From the NCBI RefSeq assembly GCF_006345805.1, contig NC_043010.1, forward strand, positions 54,560,001-54,624,000: 64,000 nucleotides of DNA, given 5' to 3'. Positions 1 through 12,370 of the stretch are shown here, piece by piece. Each line of letters begins with the position of its first letter. Within the stretch, counting starts at the first letter, position 1. The notes below the pieces were generated by a model. That model made no database searches and was not told the origin of the DNA. It saw only the letters and a program-made list of their open reading frames with translations. The position numbers and the translations under genes were made by a program. This DNA is from Octopus sinensis. Its lineage: Eukaryota.

Positions 1-1003
1 TTCCAAATACCAACATCTTCTATGGTGCAGGTGCTCTATATTTTTCCGTGTATAGTCTCGCTGCTAAATCCTAGCAGATGCCTTTTCGAAGTAATTGTTA
101 CTTACGTATTACCATATTATCAATATCCACGGGCCACTTCTTTTATGGGGCACAGAAGCTTCACCCTTTGTTTTGTACATCTGACTTATATCAACCAAAC
201 TCGTCACGTATCAATGGAAAGTTGAGAGTGATAAATTTCGGCAAATGAGGCTCATGCTTTCACTTTTACTTTCACAAAATTCCTCGAGTATACCATCTTC
301 TTTTGTTCCGACATGATAACAAAGGTGATAACGTCCGTGATATTCGATTTCTCCTTCTTGCTCCCCGATTTCATCACGCAACATTCGTTGTACATGTGTC
401 ATTGAAATTGTGGTGTACAATTTCGCTCTTAATCATTCATTATTATTATTCATATATTCATTTAGTTTGGAAATGAATTGGATTACCTTAACTGCTACAA
501 CCGCTGTAGCTCTTCACGTATTTCTGCCGAGAGGATGTGTCAATATTTCAGAATTATGTAAAACTGATTAAGATCCTAAAACTGTAAATTTCTCGTATAA
601 TAAGTAATGAACTAGGCGTTCAAATGTCTCTGCCATGTGTTAGTAGCCACTAGAACTGTTTTCGTTTTTCTTAAATTGGCTGAAAAGAAACGTCGCCGAA
701 ATGGTGTTCTGTGAAACACGATTCTTTACAGCTAATAAGATAAAAATGAGCAAAAGGAAATATAAGAAGGAGAAAACAAAAAGAATAACAACAATGACAG
801 CGAGAAAAATAACCAAAACGATCACAACAACAGAATCCAGTCTTCAAAATAACTAGAATGACGATAGTTTATGATTTAGGTTGGTCAGAAATTTGGAGTA
901 AACGGGGAGCAGTACTTGCCTGGTATTTATTTTGTAAACTACTAAGAGATGAAATACAAAGTTACGCTCAACAGGATATGATCGCAGACTATAAAGAAGA
1001 CAC

Positions 1004-1004
<1 letters not shown>

Positions 1005-1043
<39 letters not shown>

Positions 1044-1096
1044 TAATAATAATAGTAATAATAATAATAATAATGATAATAATAATAATAATAACG

Positions 1097-1130
<34 letters not shown>

Positions 1131-1131
1131 T
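1005..1131. repeat. (AAT)n microsatellite, 5' flank of Dong-like insertion
   Basis: Direct ata/aat repeat run ending immediately before the element sequence. Confidence 0.95.
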
Positions 1132-2052
1132 AAGCTTCATTCTATCATCAAGGAAAGCAAAAAATTTGCTATTGATCTCGTGCAGGATACCCAAACTGAA
1201 CAACCCGAGGGAAGTACGGCAACTATTGTTGCAAAGAAGGTGAAAATGATGGCAATGAAAAAAGCGCACGAGCAATTGGCTGATAGGTGGGAGGAGAAAC
1301 CTCTGCACAGCAAATATGTGACCCGCAGCAAACAAGCTGATGTTGACCAGAAGCAAACCCATCAGTGGCTGCGGAGCTCAGGACTAAAAGCAGAGAGCGA
1401 AGGTTTCATCCTGGCTGCTCAAGACCAAAGCCTATTAACCCGGAACTACCAGGCCAATGTGATGAAAAATGGAGCAGACCCAAAATGCCGATTCTGCAAC
1501 GACATGATTGAAACAGTGGACCACCTAATCTCTGGATGTAAAGTCTTAGCACCAGTGGAGTATAAATTAAGACATGACAGAGTTGGCCAATATCTCCACA
1601 GGCTAATAAGTCGGCATTACAATATAAAAACTGCCGACAAGTGGTATAATCACCACCCTGAGGCTGTAACTGAAGGAGAAAATGTAACCATTCTGTGGGA
1701 CTTTCCAGTACATGCAGACCGAACCATCAAGGCCAATAAACCAGATATTGTTGTGAAAGACCAAAACAATAAAGTTTGCTTATTGATCGACATGAGCATC
1801 CCCTGTGATCATAATATCTCAGCGAAAGAGTTTGACAAGCTCAGAAAATATAAAGACCTACTCATTGAAATTGAGAAAATGTGGCATCTCAAGGCGGTTA
1901 CAATACCAGTGATCGTAGGAGCACTAGGAATGATCAAGAAGGGAACCGAAAATTATATGAGAATGATCCCTGGCTTACCATCCCTGCAAGAAGTGCAAAA
2001 GATTGTCTTAACTGGTACATCACACGTATTGAGAAGAGCATTGTCGATGTGA
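1132..2052 (+). CDS. C-terminal fragment (Zn knuckle + REL endonuclease) of the Dong-like ORF; no RT, no genuine start
   Basis: Frame is open from KLHSIIKESKKF (1132) to TGA 2052 without stops; the track start at 1180 is an internal GTG. Confidence 0.8.
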   Translation, partial: KLHSIIKESKKFAIDLVQDTQTEQPEGSTATIVAKKVKMMAMKKAHEQLADRWEEKPLHSKYVTRSKQADVDQKQTHQWLRSSGLKAESEGFILAAQDQSLLTRNYQANVMKNGADPKCRFCNDMIETVDHLISGCKVLAPVEYKLRHDRVGQYLHRLISRHYNIKTADKWYNHHPEAVTEGENVTILWDFPVHADRTIKANKPDIVVKDQNNKVCLLIDMSIPCDHNISAKEFDKLRKYKDLLIEIEKMWHLKAVTIPVIVGALGMIKKGTENYMRMIPGLPSLQEVQKIVLTGTSHVLRRALSM

Positions 2053-2214
2053 GAACTGTTGCTGCTCATGTATTTTAATTTAAAAAAAAAAAAATGAACG
2101 AACTACTGAGTTTGGTTTAATGGCCTACCAATATACACTATGTGTTTCTTTGCCCTAGGAGTCGGGAAGACACTCGGCAAGAAATGGAAGAAAATTTGAA
2201 AGAAGAAAAAAAAA
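1132..2214 (+). mobile_element. 5'-truncated R4/Dong-type non-LTR retrotransposon (restriction-like endonuclease class), copy 1
   Basis: Open frame with QDQSLLTRNY, CCHC knuckle CRFCNDMIETVDHLISGC, RHD motif, ILWDF and KPD...LIDMSIP...KYKDL REL motifs, VIVGALG; ~160-bp 3' UTR; (AAT)n on both sides. Confidence 0.9.
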
Positions 2215-2277
2215 GTAATAATAATAATAATAATAACAACAATAATAACGATAATAATAATAATAACGATAATAATG

Positions 2278-2317
<40 letters not shown>

Positions 2318-2389
2318 CAATAATAATAAGAAGAAGAATAATGATAATAATAATAATAACAAGAAGAAAAACAGCAACAATAACAATGA

Positions 2390-2460
<71 letters not shown>
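2215..2460. repeat. Compound (AAT)n / (AGT)n microsatellite
   Basis: Direct repeats seen in sequence. Confidence 0.95.
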
Positions 2461-2461
<1 letters not shown>

Positions 2462-2930
2462 CTCTTATGTTTAAGTGGTCTAAGGAACTTGTAACGAGCA
2501 AATGCTTTAAAAAAATTCTGTTTGTTTATATATTCGAGTAGTCAGGGAGAAAATAAGGGTAAATTTTTCACGGAAAATGTTAGATATTAAAGTTTCTAAA
2601 TCTTTTAAAGATGATTGTTTGTATGTCCGACCAGAGAAAACGTTCTTGGATGTTTACATTTTCGAATGCTAGGGGAGAAAAGAAAGGATAGATATTCACG
2701 GAAGTTGTAGATATCATACTGTAGATATGCAACTTTTAAAACTTATTTTGAGGGAAATTTAAAATACTCACAGGAAATCGTAGATGTTCCAGTTTTTTAG
2801 AGAAAAATAATAATTGATGCTCAGAGGCTCCCGAATTACTGGTGATCAATTACGTTGTTTTGCTGTATGTTAAAAGAAATCCGTTGCCTGGTTTGATTTT
2901 GTATTCTGATAGTCGTTTAAATTATTGACT

Positions 2931-3790
2931 CGGAACTTTCAAGCCAATGTGATGAAATATGGTGTAGAGCTAAAATGCCGATACTGCAACGATGGGATTA
3001 AAACAGTGGACCACCTAACCTCTGGGCGTGAGGTTTTATCACTTGTAGTGTAGAAATCAAGACATACCGGAGTTGGCCGATACCTACATTGGGTAATATG
3101 TCGACATTATGAAATCAAAACCTGATGGCAATTAGTACAAGCACCACCCTTAGCCTGTAACTGAAGGAGAATATGTAACGATTCTTTGGGACTTCTCAGT
3201 ACGTACAGACCGAACCATCAAAGGCAAGTAAGCAAGATATTGTTTTCAAAGACCAAAACAATAAAGTCTTTTTAATTGTTTGACATGAGCTGTGACCATA
3301 AAACCGCGGCAAAAATATTCGATTATCTCAGAAAATATAAAGATTTGCTAATCGGATTCGAAAAGGTGTCGGCATTTCAAGATGCTTACAGTGCCAGTGA
3401 TTGTAGGAGCACTGTGAATGATCACAAAAGGAACTGGAAATTGTTTTAAGAATAACCCCGGGCTTAACATCCATGCAGGAAGTACAACAGATTTTCGTAA
3501 CTAGTACGTCACGCATATCGAGAAGAGCGTTGCCGCTGTGAATTTTCCTTCCTTTTTTCCCCGTTAATTTTCTTTTTTTTACTTTTATCTTTTTATATTT
3601 TCCTATTTGTCTCTGTCTTTCTTGCCCTTTTTTCTATCACATGAGTTTCTAAATGGACAATTAGATGTGTTTATTTTAATGACCTATCGACGTATACAGC
3701 GTATCTCTCTGGCCTAGGTGTCAGGAAGACACTCGACAGGAAATGGAAAGAGAACTGAAAGAAGATGATAATGAAATAATAAAAAAAAAA
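2931..3790 (+). mobile_element. Decayed R4/Dong-type fragment, copy 2
   Basis: Colinear with 1441-2214 (cggaact..aagccaatgtgatgaaa..aaatgccga..acagtggaccaccta; gaccgaaccatcaa; shared 3' UTR ctagg..ggaagacactcg..gaaatgga); stops and frameshifts; degenerate (AAT)n follows at ~3810-3838. Confidence 0.85.
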
Positions 3791-4554
3791 CAGGAACAGT
3801 AACAGCAACAATAATAATAATAATAATAATGATAATAATTTTTCTTTTGTCTTCTTTGTTTTACTGTTTCTTCGTTCTCATTGTTTTGATCATATTTAAT
3901 TGTTAATCAGTTTGTGTCATATATAGCTACGTGTGCAAGTTGATATAGCGAATTAACACGTCAGTAATTTAATTAAAATTAATGTTATATCTTTCATACA
4001 CCTTGCTTCGACCGCCCACACTGCTCACCCCACAGACTTATACACACATTCCTTTCTCCCTTTCCGCACCTTCTCTCTCCTCCTTCTTTCTCTCACTCTC
4101 TTCTCTAACCCTCTTTCCCTCTCTTTCTCTATGTATATCACTCAGCCTATATGTCACGCCTTACATTTACTAAAACGTCGACTCCATATTTCTTTTCTTT
4201 TATGCACAATGCAAGAACCACATCGACTACACACTCACACAAACACCATCAAACACATACATGTGCGCGCACACACACACACGTACGCACACACATGTAA
4301 TTACACATACGCACAAATGTGTATACGCCGTATAATATTTTGAATTCTGTTCGCCTGCTTTTCACACATTTTCTTTTTCTCAGTGACAAATAATACAACT
4401 TTAATTCCACTTTGAGTGATACAGAAAAATAAAGAGAGAAAATAAAATTGATAAAACATAGAAAAGAATATAAAGAATGAGAAGGAAAAACTAGTCAGCT
4501 TTAATTAAAATGTTTCCTTTCTCTTTTTATGAAACCTGACCGTTACCAGTGTTA

Positions 4555-4980
4555 ACATCTTCATCCTCATTCATCATCATCATCATAATCACCATCGCCA
4601 TCATCATCATCATCCTCATCATCATCATCGTCGTCATCATCATCGTCATCGTTATCATCATCGTTATCGTCGTCATCATCGTCATCATCGTCGACATCAC
4701 CATCACCATTATCATCCTACTCCTACTCATCATCATCGTTATCATCAACATCGTCATTGTCATGATCATCGACGTCACCATCATCGTCATCGTCATCATC
4801 ATCATCATCATTATTATCGTCATCGTCATTGTCATCATCAACGTCGTCTACGTCTTCGTCGTCATTGTCGACGTCACCATCATTTTCATTATCATCTTCA
4901 ACAGCGCCATGAAACTAATCATCGTCAACATCTTCATCACCTTTACCAACACCATCGCCATGATTCAACCACCCACCACT
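4555..4980. repeat. Degenerate (CAT/CGT)n trinucleotide array
   Basis: Direct repeats; source of poly-I/M artefact ORFs. Confidence 0.9.
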
Positions 4981-5397
4981 AGACACACACACACACATAC
5001 ACACACACACACACGCAACCAACACAACGGATACAACAGCACACCCATCACGATCAGCATCGTCGAAGATATCCTAATCACTATCATGGAGCGAGATGAC
5101 AGAATTCACGTAGAAATTGGATAAATTCGTAGACCCAAAGACAATAAAACTTTTACTGATTGTTCTGGTCCTGCAATCTCTGAAACCAAATCTCCTTGTG
5201 ATCAAACGCGACTTTAGAATACCAGGCTGTTAATCAATTAGAGTAAGTTCTAAAACGTTGATTTAAAAGGCTCCCGAATTTATGGCGATCGATTGTGTTG
5301 TTTTGCTGTATGTTAAAAGGAATCCATTGCTTGGTTTGATTTCGTATTCTGATAGTTGCTTAAATTTAAGGGAGTTAAATATGTTTGTGATATTAAC

Positions 5398-6204
5398 GAC
5401 TAGCCATGCGAAGTCTCTAATCTTCAGTCAAGAACCGGATCATCCTCGCAGTTTCGGCTGATTGCTCCGATCTGGCCAGCCCGAGATTCTTCGGTCTCCT
5501 CTCTCCCCACTCTCTCACATTTCTCTGCCTTTCTTACTTTGCACTTCACTGACCCTGTCTTTCTTTTGTCCCGCCAATCATTGGCACGCTATCTTTCTTC
5601 TCCCCCTCCTTAATTCTTTTTTCTCTCTCTTTTCCCCCTCCTTAATACCTTTGTTCCTCTTTTTTCTCTCTCCTCCCTCTCTTTAATTCGTTTGCCCCTT
5701 TTTCTCTCTCTTCTCACTCTCTTTAATTCCTTTGCTTCTTTTTACTCTCTCTTCTCCCTCTCTAATTCCTTTGCCCCTTTTTTCTCTCTCTTCTCTTCTC
5801 ACGTGACCGTTGGCCAGCTATAGCATTCCGCTTCGGACCAGCGCCACGACAACATCGCATTCTTCGTCTGTCGTAAGGCGTTATTTTTCAAATACGCCAG
5901 CTAAGTTCACTCGTCTAAAGTCGAAAGACGCTTATTGTTTTGTCGTGTTATTATTATTATTATTGTTTTTTGTATTTATATTCGTATTATTTTTTGTTTT
6001 TTTGTATTTTATTCGTGTAACATCGTCCGTTTTTTTTTTGTCCTTGTTTCGTTTACATTCGATCCTTTTTCCAAGAAATCTAAAGCTCGTAGTTTAGTTT
6101 TTCCTTGGGGCTGGCCAGATCGGAGCAATCTCAAGATTAATCAGCCGAAATTGCGAGGTTGATCCGGTTCTTGACTGAAGATTAGAGGCTTCGAATGACC
6201 AGTC
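5398..6204. mobile_element. Unclassified ~800-bp element with ~85-97-bp terminal inverted repeats
   Basis: 5398-5482 is the reverse complement of 6108-6204 apart from a few substitutions and a 12-nt indel; no coding capacity; no TSD seen. Confidence 0.6.
5600..5800. repeat. ~40-bp pyrimidine-rich minisatellite inside the IR element
   Basis: Recurring unit ctctttaattcctttgcccctttttctctctcttctc, about 4 imperfect copies. Confidence 0.65.
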
Positions 6205-6315
6205 CGTGTTTTTTGTATCATCTATTTGGATGTTTTGCGTTAGTGTCCCATTTTGTATTTATATATATATATATTATTGTGGCGTACGTACACCTTATTC
6301 TCTTATATTAATTTG

Positions 6316-6349
<34 letters not shown>

Positions 6350-6386
6350 GTGGCGTACGTACACCTTATTCTCTTATATTAATTTG

Positions 6387-6430
<44 letters not shown>

Positions 6431-6726
6431 GTGTCAACCAGGCCTGTCAAATTTCATCGTACAGGACGAAGTTGCGTGTCTGTAATGACATGAAGAGAGA
6501 GGCTTTTCACACTTTACTTGATGATGGCAAACTTTTCTTCAAACTTTTGTCTTGGAGAGGAGACACGCTATTAGTGTGCTTTACCGAAAAACAGAAGAAT
6601 CTGAAATAAGAAAGTAAGGACGTTACACAGAATCATGAAAACATAAAAAATGGTGTTGCCATAGTGTGTAAACCAGCTTGGAAATGTTTCATCGAAATCG
6701 ATTCAAAGATACCGGATACATCGTTT

Positions 6727-6781
6727 AAAATACGGCTTCGCATTTCGCCCGGCTTGCTAAAGTTTCTGCCAGCTCACCGCC
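6727..6781 (-). mobile_element. SINE family A, head fragment
   Basis: Reverse complement of ggcggcgagctggcagaaacgttagc..gggcgaaatgc head seen intact at 30146 and 56831. Confidence 0.75.
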
Positions 6782-7500
6782 TACACTCACTTACTTATCT
6801 GCACAGAAAGTGAGAGAGAGAGAGACAACGTGTGAGAAAAAAAGAGGATGAGAGTTAAAATGCGAGTGAGAGAGGAAATATGATTGAACTTTAGTAAATA
6901 GTGTATAATTGGCGTTCTAACATGAGTAAATTTAATATCCATAAACATTAATTTCACACAGTTCATAACACCAAGAGATTATGTTGGCACTAGCGGTTAC
7001 TGAACACTCGTGTTGCTGTCTTTTCTGCTGTATTTTTGTGTCGAAAATATCGTTTTATCTTGATGTTGAGGAAGATGGCTACGCAGACGATATTTGCTTA
7101 AAGTGTGACGTCAGCGATAATGGCTACGAAAGAAGAAAGAATTGGATTAAGATGATGATTTTACAATAAAGACATTGACGGCAACACGGACGATGCAGAC
7201 GATAAGGTCGAAAACCGCCTATACTAATAGAATCATCAACAAAGTAGTAAAATCGGTCATGAAGATTTATTAATTTTTTATTGCATATAATGGAATATGT
7301 ATTGTACAAAAGTGTTATAAAATCATAAAGACTTATAAAGCATAGCATAAGCATCGGTAATTTGAAATTAAATGTATTGAAATGCTTGGAGATAGGAACT
7401 CACGAATAATTCACAGTGTTTCGATGTAACCATTTTGAAACTCACGCAGACTTGTGACGCTTACCTCCCAACACCCATACACTACAACAGATATACGTAT

Positions 7501-7583
<83 letters not shown>

Positions 7584-8463
7584 TATATATATATTATATA
7601 TATATACATCTATACATATATAGGAAAATGTGTGGTTCAAAATGAACCAAAATTTCAAATTCTGATAATCGCTTAAAATACATTTATTTACATATATATA
7701 TATTATATATACATATCTGCACACATACATATATACATACATACATACATACATACATACATACGTATATGTATATACGTATGTATGCATATGTGTATGG
7801 TTGTTCATGCGTACTTATAGCAATATGTTTATCTCTAATTTCATATGTTTATATATAAGTCCAAAAAATATCGTTAATATTTTTATTGGGCGACGAAATT
7901 CATCGATTTAAGAGATATAGCTGTTATTTCTAGCACCTGCAGAATACAGAAGACAGAAGTGATGGATGAATAACACGTGTGCGTGTGTGTGTGTCTACTG
8001 TTTACTTAGACGCAGCAACTGAATTTAGCTCAAATGCTGGGATTCCATTGGTTAAAATTCGAAGAATTAAACTACGTAAAAGTTACAAAGTACAATTTTC
8101 TCAAAAAAAAAATTTGAAATTAATGTTTTTTTATTTTACTCATTCTACCAGCATACGAAGTTTCAAATTATTCAGTTAAGTAGAAATTCTGTCCATCTTT
8201 TAGAAAAAATCCACATCTGGCAAGACCGTGATGAATAAACGATAAATAAACATATATTGATAACTTCAGTTGATATTTTACATCTAGTATGATAGTTCCT
8301 AAATGTTTTCAAAAATGTAACGCAGCAATCAAAGAAGTTTTCATTATAATTACATTTAAAATGTATGTATAAAGTAAATATAGATAATAATGCATATTGC
8401 TCTTTATCAATTGTCATATAAACACAAAGAAATAAATCAAAGACCCTTTGTGTTAAATACTTT

Positions 8464-8505
<42 letters not shown>

Positions 8506-9066
8506 TCCAAACTTAAAGAGTAAGTGTTGAAGAAAAAATGAACAAGTAAAGAGAACTTTATAGTCAGGGAATATATAAATCCTAGCTCACAATGGATGAA
8601 TCTTTAAAGAAGAATATGCTTTGGTCCAGTAAGGCTAAACTCCAGTTTATATTCCTCCTAGAACTTTCATCTTCACTTGTGTTCATTCAGTTATATGCAT
8701 TACACTGGTATACGTTTGATCTGTAAATGACAACGACGTTCTTTATAATATTGCGAAAGCGTAGTAAAACTATAATAGAATTAGCTTTTGTGAAAATACA
8801 CGAAACACATGAATATCATCTTCTGATGCAATAAATTAAAGTTTATCTTACTTATGCCATATTCGTTCTAGAAGCAATTTATACAAACCTACAAAGGCAA
8901 AGGTCTAAATTAATAGATAAAAAGAATATCCGAAGCACTCTCTCATGTGACCTTTATCAGAAATATGCATTCGATGCCTTTCTTTGTAATTCACCGAGCT
9001 TAATAAGCGTAAGAGCATAAATTTCTGGCAGTTCGCCTCTGATATATGTATACATACATACATACA

Positions 9067-9102
<36 letters not shown>

Positions 9103-9644
9103 TATATATATCTGTATGTATATGTACATGCGCATATATTATATTATGGTGAATACAAGCTAATGATATCTCTACACAGCTGAATATCATCTGGTAACAT
9201 CATTCCTGGCTCGATGTCTTACCATTCGATAAGAAATTACTGCTTCACCTTAATTTATCTCTCTCCGTGCTTCATATTTTTCATATCCCTTATTGGAATT
9301 ACTGTACATCAAAAATAGTAAGTGGACACCAGAATACACACACACACACACAAATACACACACACACACACGCATCTGCATACACATACACATATGCATA
9401 TTTGTATGTAAATACTAAATTCAGTCCAATGTTTATTGGTATGTTGCTTACAGTGTTGCAGTGAATTCTAATGTTATGTATTTGTCCTATGTGGGTACTT
9501 GCAAGTACGTACATGTATATTTATTCGCACAATCACACACCCCACACACATATACATATACATAAGCAGTCACACACATGCACACACACATACATATATA
9601 TATATGTATATATATATATGTATATATATATGTGTATACATATG

Positions 9645-9693
<49 letters not shown>

Positions 9694-10184
9694 ACACGTA
9701 CGTTATGAATACATTTATATAATCTAGTTGGTTCCATACATACATGTCAGTTACAATATATGCGTAATGGAAATCATAGTCACTCAACATAACCTCTTTG
9801 GAATGAAAAAAAAAGCATTTCATTGTAAGAATTTTGCTTATCTGCGTCTTCCATATTGTTAAGAAATAGATTTCTTATTTATTGTTTTATGTTGATTTTT
9901 TATACTTATCTTCAGTGATGTTTTTAGTTCACAGTATCAGGTTTTCAATACTTTGGTGCTATTACATTACGTGAATGCCTAAACAGGGTTACCTTATCAA
10001 TCCATTCTTCCTCGCCTGTTTCACATTGTGATATATTCCTGTCAGAATTTCCATAGATATTGATACAAATATTGTACTTCGTTTTACAGCGTTTGCATAA
10101 CCACTATTATATATTTGTCTGCTGTGTATTTCGTCTTCTTCTCAGGATTACCTTACAAAAAATATTGCGATATCAAATTAAATC

Positions 10185-10273
10185 AATATATATATATATG
10201 TATATATGTATGTATACATATATATACATATATATACATATATATATATAATATATATATATTATATATATAA

Positions 10274-10357
<84 letters not shown>

Positions 10358-10470
10358 CTATATATATATATTGATGTACAAGTAGATTTTCCTGAAAAAA
10401 ATGTATACATATGTATACATATATATACATATATATACATATATATATATATATAAATATATACATATAT

Positions 10471-10550
<80 letters not shown>
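10185..10550. repeat. (TA)n array with a duplicated 30-bp unique spacer
   Basis: ttgatgtacaagtagattttcctgaaaaaa at 10371 and 10551. Confidence 0.9.
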
Positions 10551-10553
<3 letters not shown>

Positions 10554-11003
10554 ATGTACAAGTAGATTTTCCTGAAAAAAATAAAGAATTGCTGTTTCTT
10601 TGGGGGTAAATTTCTTACAACGAAAAATTTGTTATTTAGTGTTTCGGGTTGCTGGCTTAAGCAAATATTAAAAACAGAACACAGAATCATTTTAAAAGCT
10701 GATATATTTCATAATACATATCTTATGATTAATGTACATAACTGAAACGGTATATAAATATTCTACATGCCATAATATTCTACTATTACCTAATATATCA
10801 ATGCGGGGATATAATAAAATCTATATACAGATAAATTTCGAGACGAATAAAGATAACTTTATTTACGTTGATAAAGCAATATTATAAAAGATATATTCTT
10901 TATAGAGACGCACATATAAGAATGCATAGGCGTTTACATATATATTACTCTCATATATATATATGTATGCATCTATATATATATATATGTACATTTATAT
11001 ATC

Positions 11004-11051
<48 letters not shown>

Positions 11052-11596
11052 ATATATAATATATATATATATATATACATACATAGATACATAGAGGATG
11101 CGTGATCTATATGAGAAGATAATTCTAGTTTCAAGATATTCAAGATAACATCTTTGTTTTTATTTGAAATACCAATATATTTTATGCAGAATTTGCTTCA
11201 TATTTACTTACATACACGAAACAATACTTTATTCAGTAGCATTATCACAAAACTCGATTCTTGCTTAAATGCAGCTTGTCAGACGACTAATTAAATTGAT
11301 CGGTGGGCCAAAACGTCCCAAATAGCAGACAACAATAAGGCCTTACATGCTTCTTGTTGTCCCTCTAAATGATGAGCTTGTCGTGGCGGTCCATGAAGTG
11401 TCAAATAGGAGAACTAATACTCCAATAGTTAGGAATAACATGATCATGAAACCTGGTGCACACGTCAGTTTTTCAGGTAATGTTTGACAGATGAGACTAT
11501 TTTATACATTTGCCCATGAAAGACACTCTCCCTGGCTATTTAGCTAAGATTTGTGCAAAACATGGTTCTTACATTTTTCTTTTGAAAAATGAGTAA

Positions 11597-11645
<49 letters not shown>

Positions 11646-11681
11646 ATATATATATATATAAAGAGAGAGAGAGAGAGAGAG

Positions 11682-11880
11682 ATGTACTTGCATAGCAAGT
11701 GACCTGATCTGAGATCGTGTGCTGGAACGAATACAATTGCGGCGTGGAAGGTGTTTATAGGCCATGTAAGAAACACAAAAAACGGTAGATTCACATCAAC
11801 ATTGAAATTTAATTTGTAAAAATATTTTCGTCGCTTTGAGACCGCGACTTCTTCACTGACAAATCTTCGTGCAGCACAAT
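11682..11880 (-). mobile_element. Short microsatellite-flanked repeat-like element carrying a hammerhead-like motif (putative PLE pseudo-LTR remnant)
   Basis: ~200 bp of complex sequence between (GA)n and (TA)n tracts containing the motif below; single copy in the window, so class is inferred. Confidence 0.4.
11812..11864 (-). ncRNA. Minimal type I hammerhead-like motif (H2), core variant GUGAAGA
   Basis: Minus strand: ATTTGTCA-GTGAAGA-A-GTCGC[ggtctcaaa]GCGAC-GAA-AATATT-T-TTACAAAT; helix I 7/8 bp, helix II 5 bp, palindromic helix III; C3 replaced by G. Confidence 0.5.
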
Positions 11881-11952
11881 TGTATACATAGATATATATA
11901 TATACACATATATATATGTATGTGTGTGTGTTTGTGTGTGTGTGTTTGTGTA

Positions 11953-11983
<31 letters not shown>

Positions 11984-12326
11984 TTGTGTGGGTGTGTAAT
12001 TGTGTGTGTGTGCTTGTGTGCATATATCTGTATGTGAATGTATATTTATATATACAAATAAAGGCATAAAAATGTAGATATTGTGGCGAAATACTAAATA
12101 CGTTTTGGAAAACAAATAATCAGAATCAAATTATTTCAAAATTACGGATTCCAAACTACATTTAAATAATTTCAAAATAAATTCAAAGTGTATATTCGTG
12201 AAAGTACATCAAAGTAGATAACTTTATCTCTTTTTTGCTTTTTAGGGTGGGCATTCATTGCCCAGAATATTTATTCACATGTATTTGAGTCGCATGAAAT
12301 AAGCAAAATATTGATCACAAAAGCAT

Positions 12327-12362
<36 letters not shown>

Positions 12363-12370
<8 letters not shown>

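Noticed and set aside
100-440. Minus-strand 69-aa ORF (211-420) and a perfect gtaagt donor at 100-105
   Set aside because: No single open frame links the ORF to the donor, there is no good acceptor, and no motif is recognisable.
2545-2800. Imperfect repeats of gggagaaaa..ttcacggaa..gtagatat
   Set aside because: Only 2-3 very degenerate units; not regular enough for an array or CRISPR-like call.
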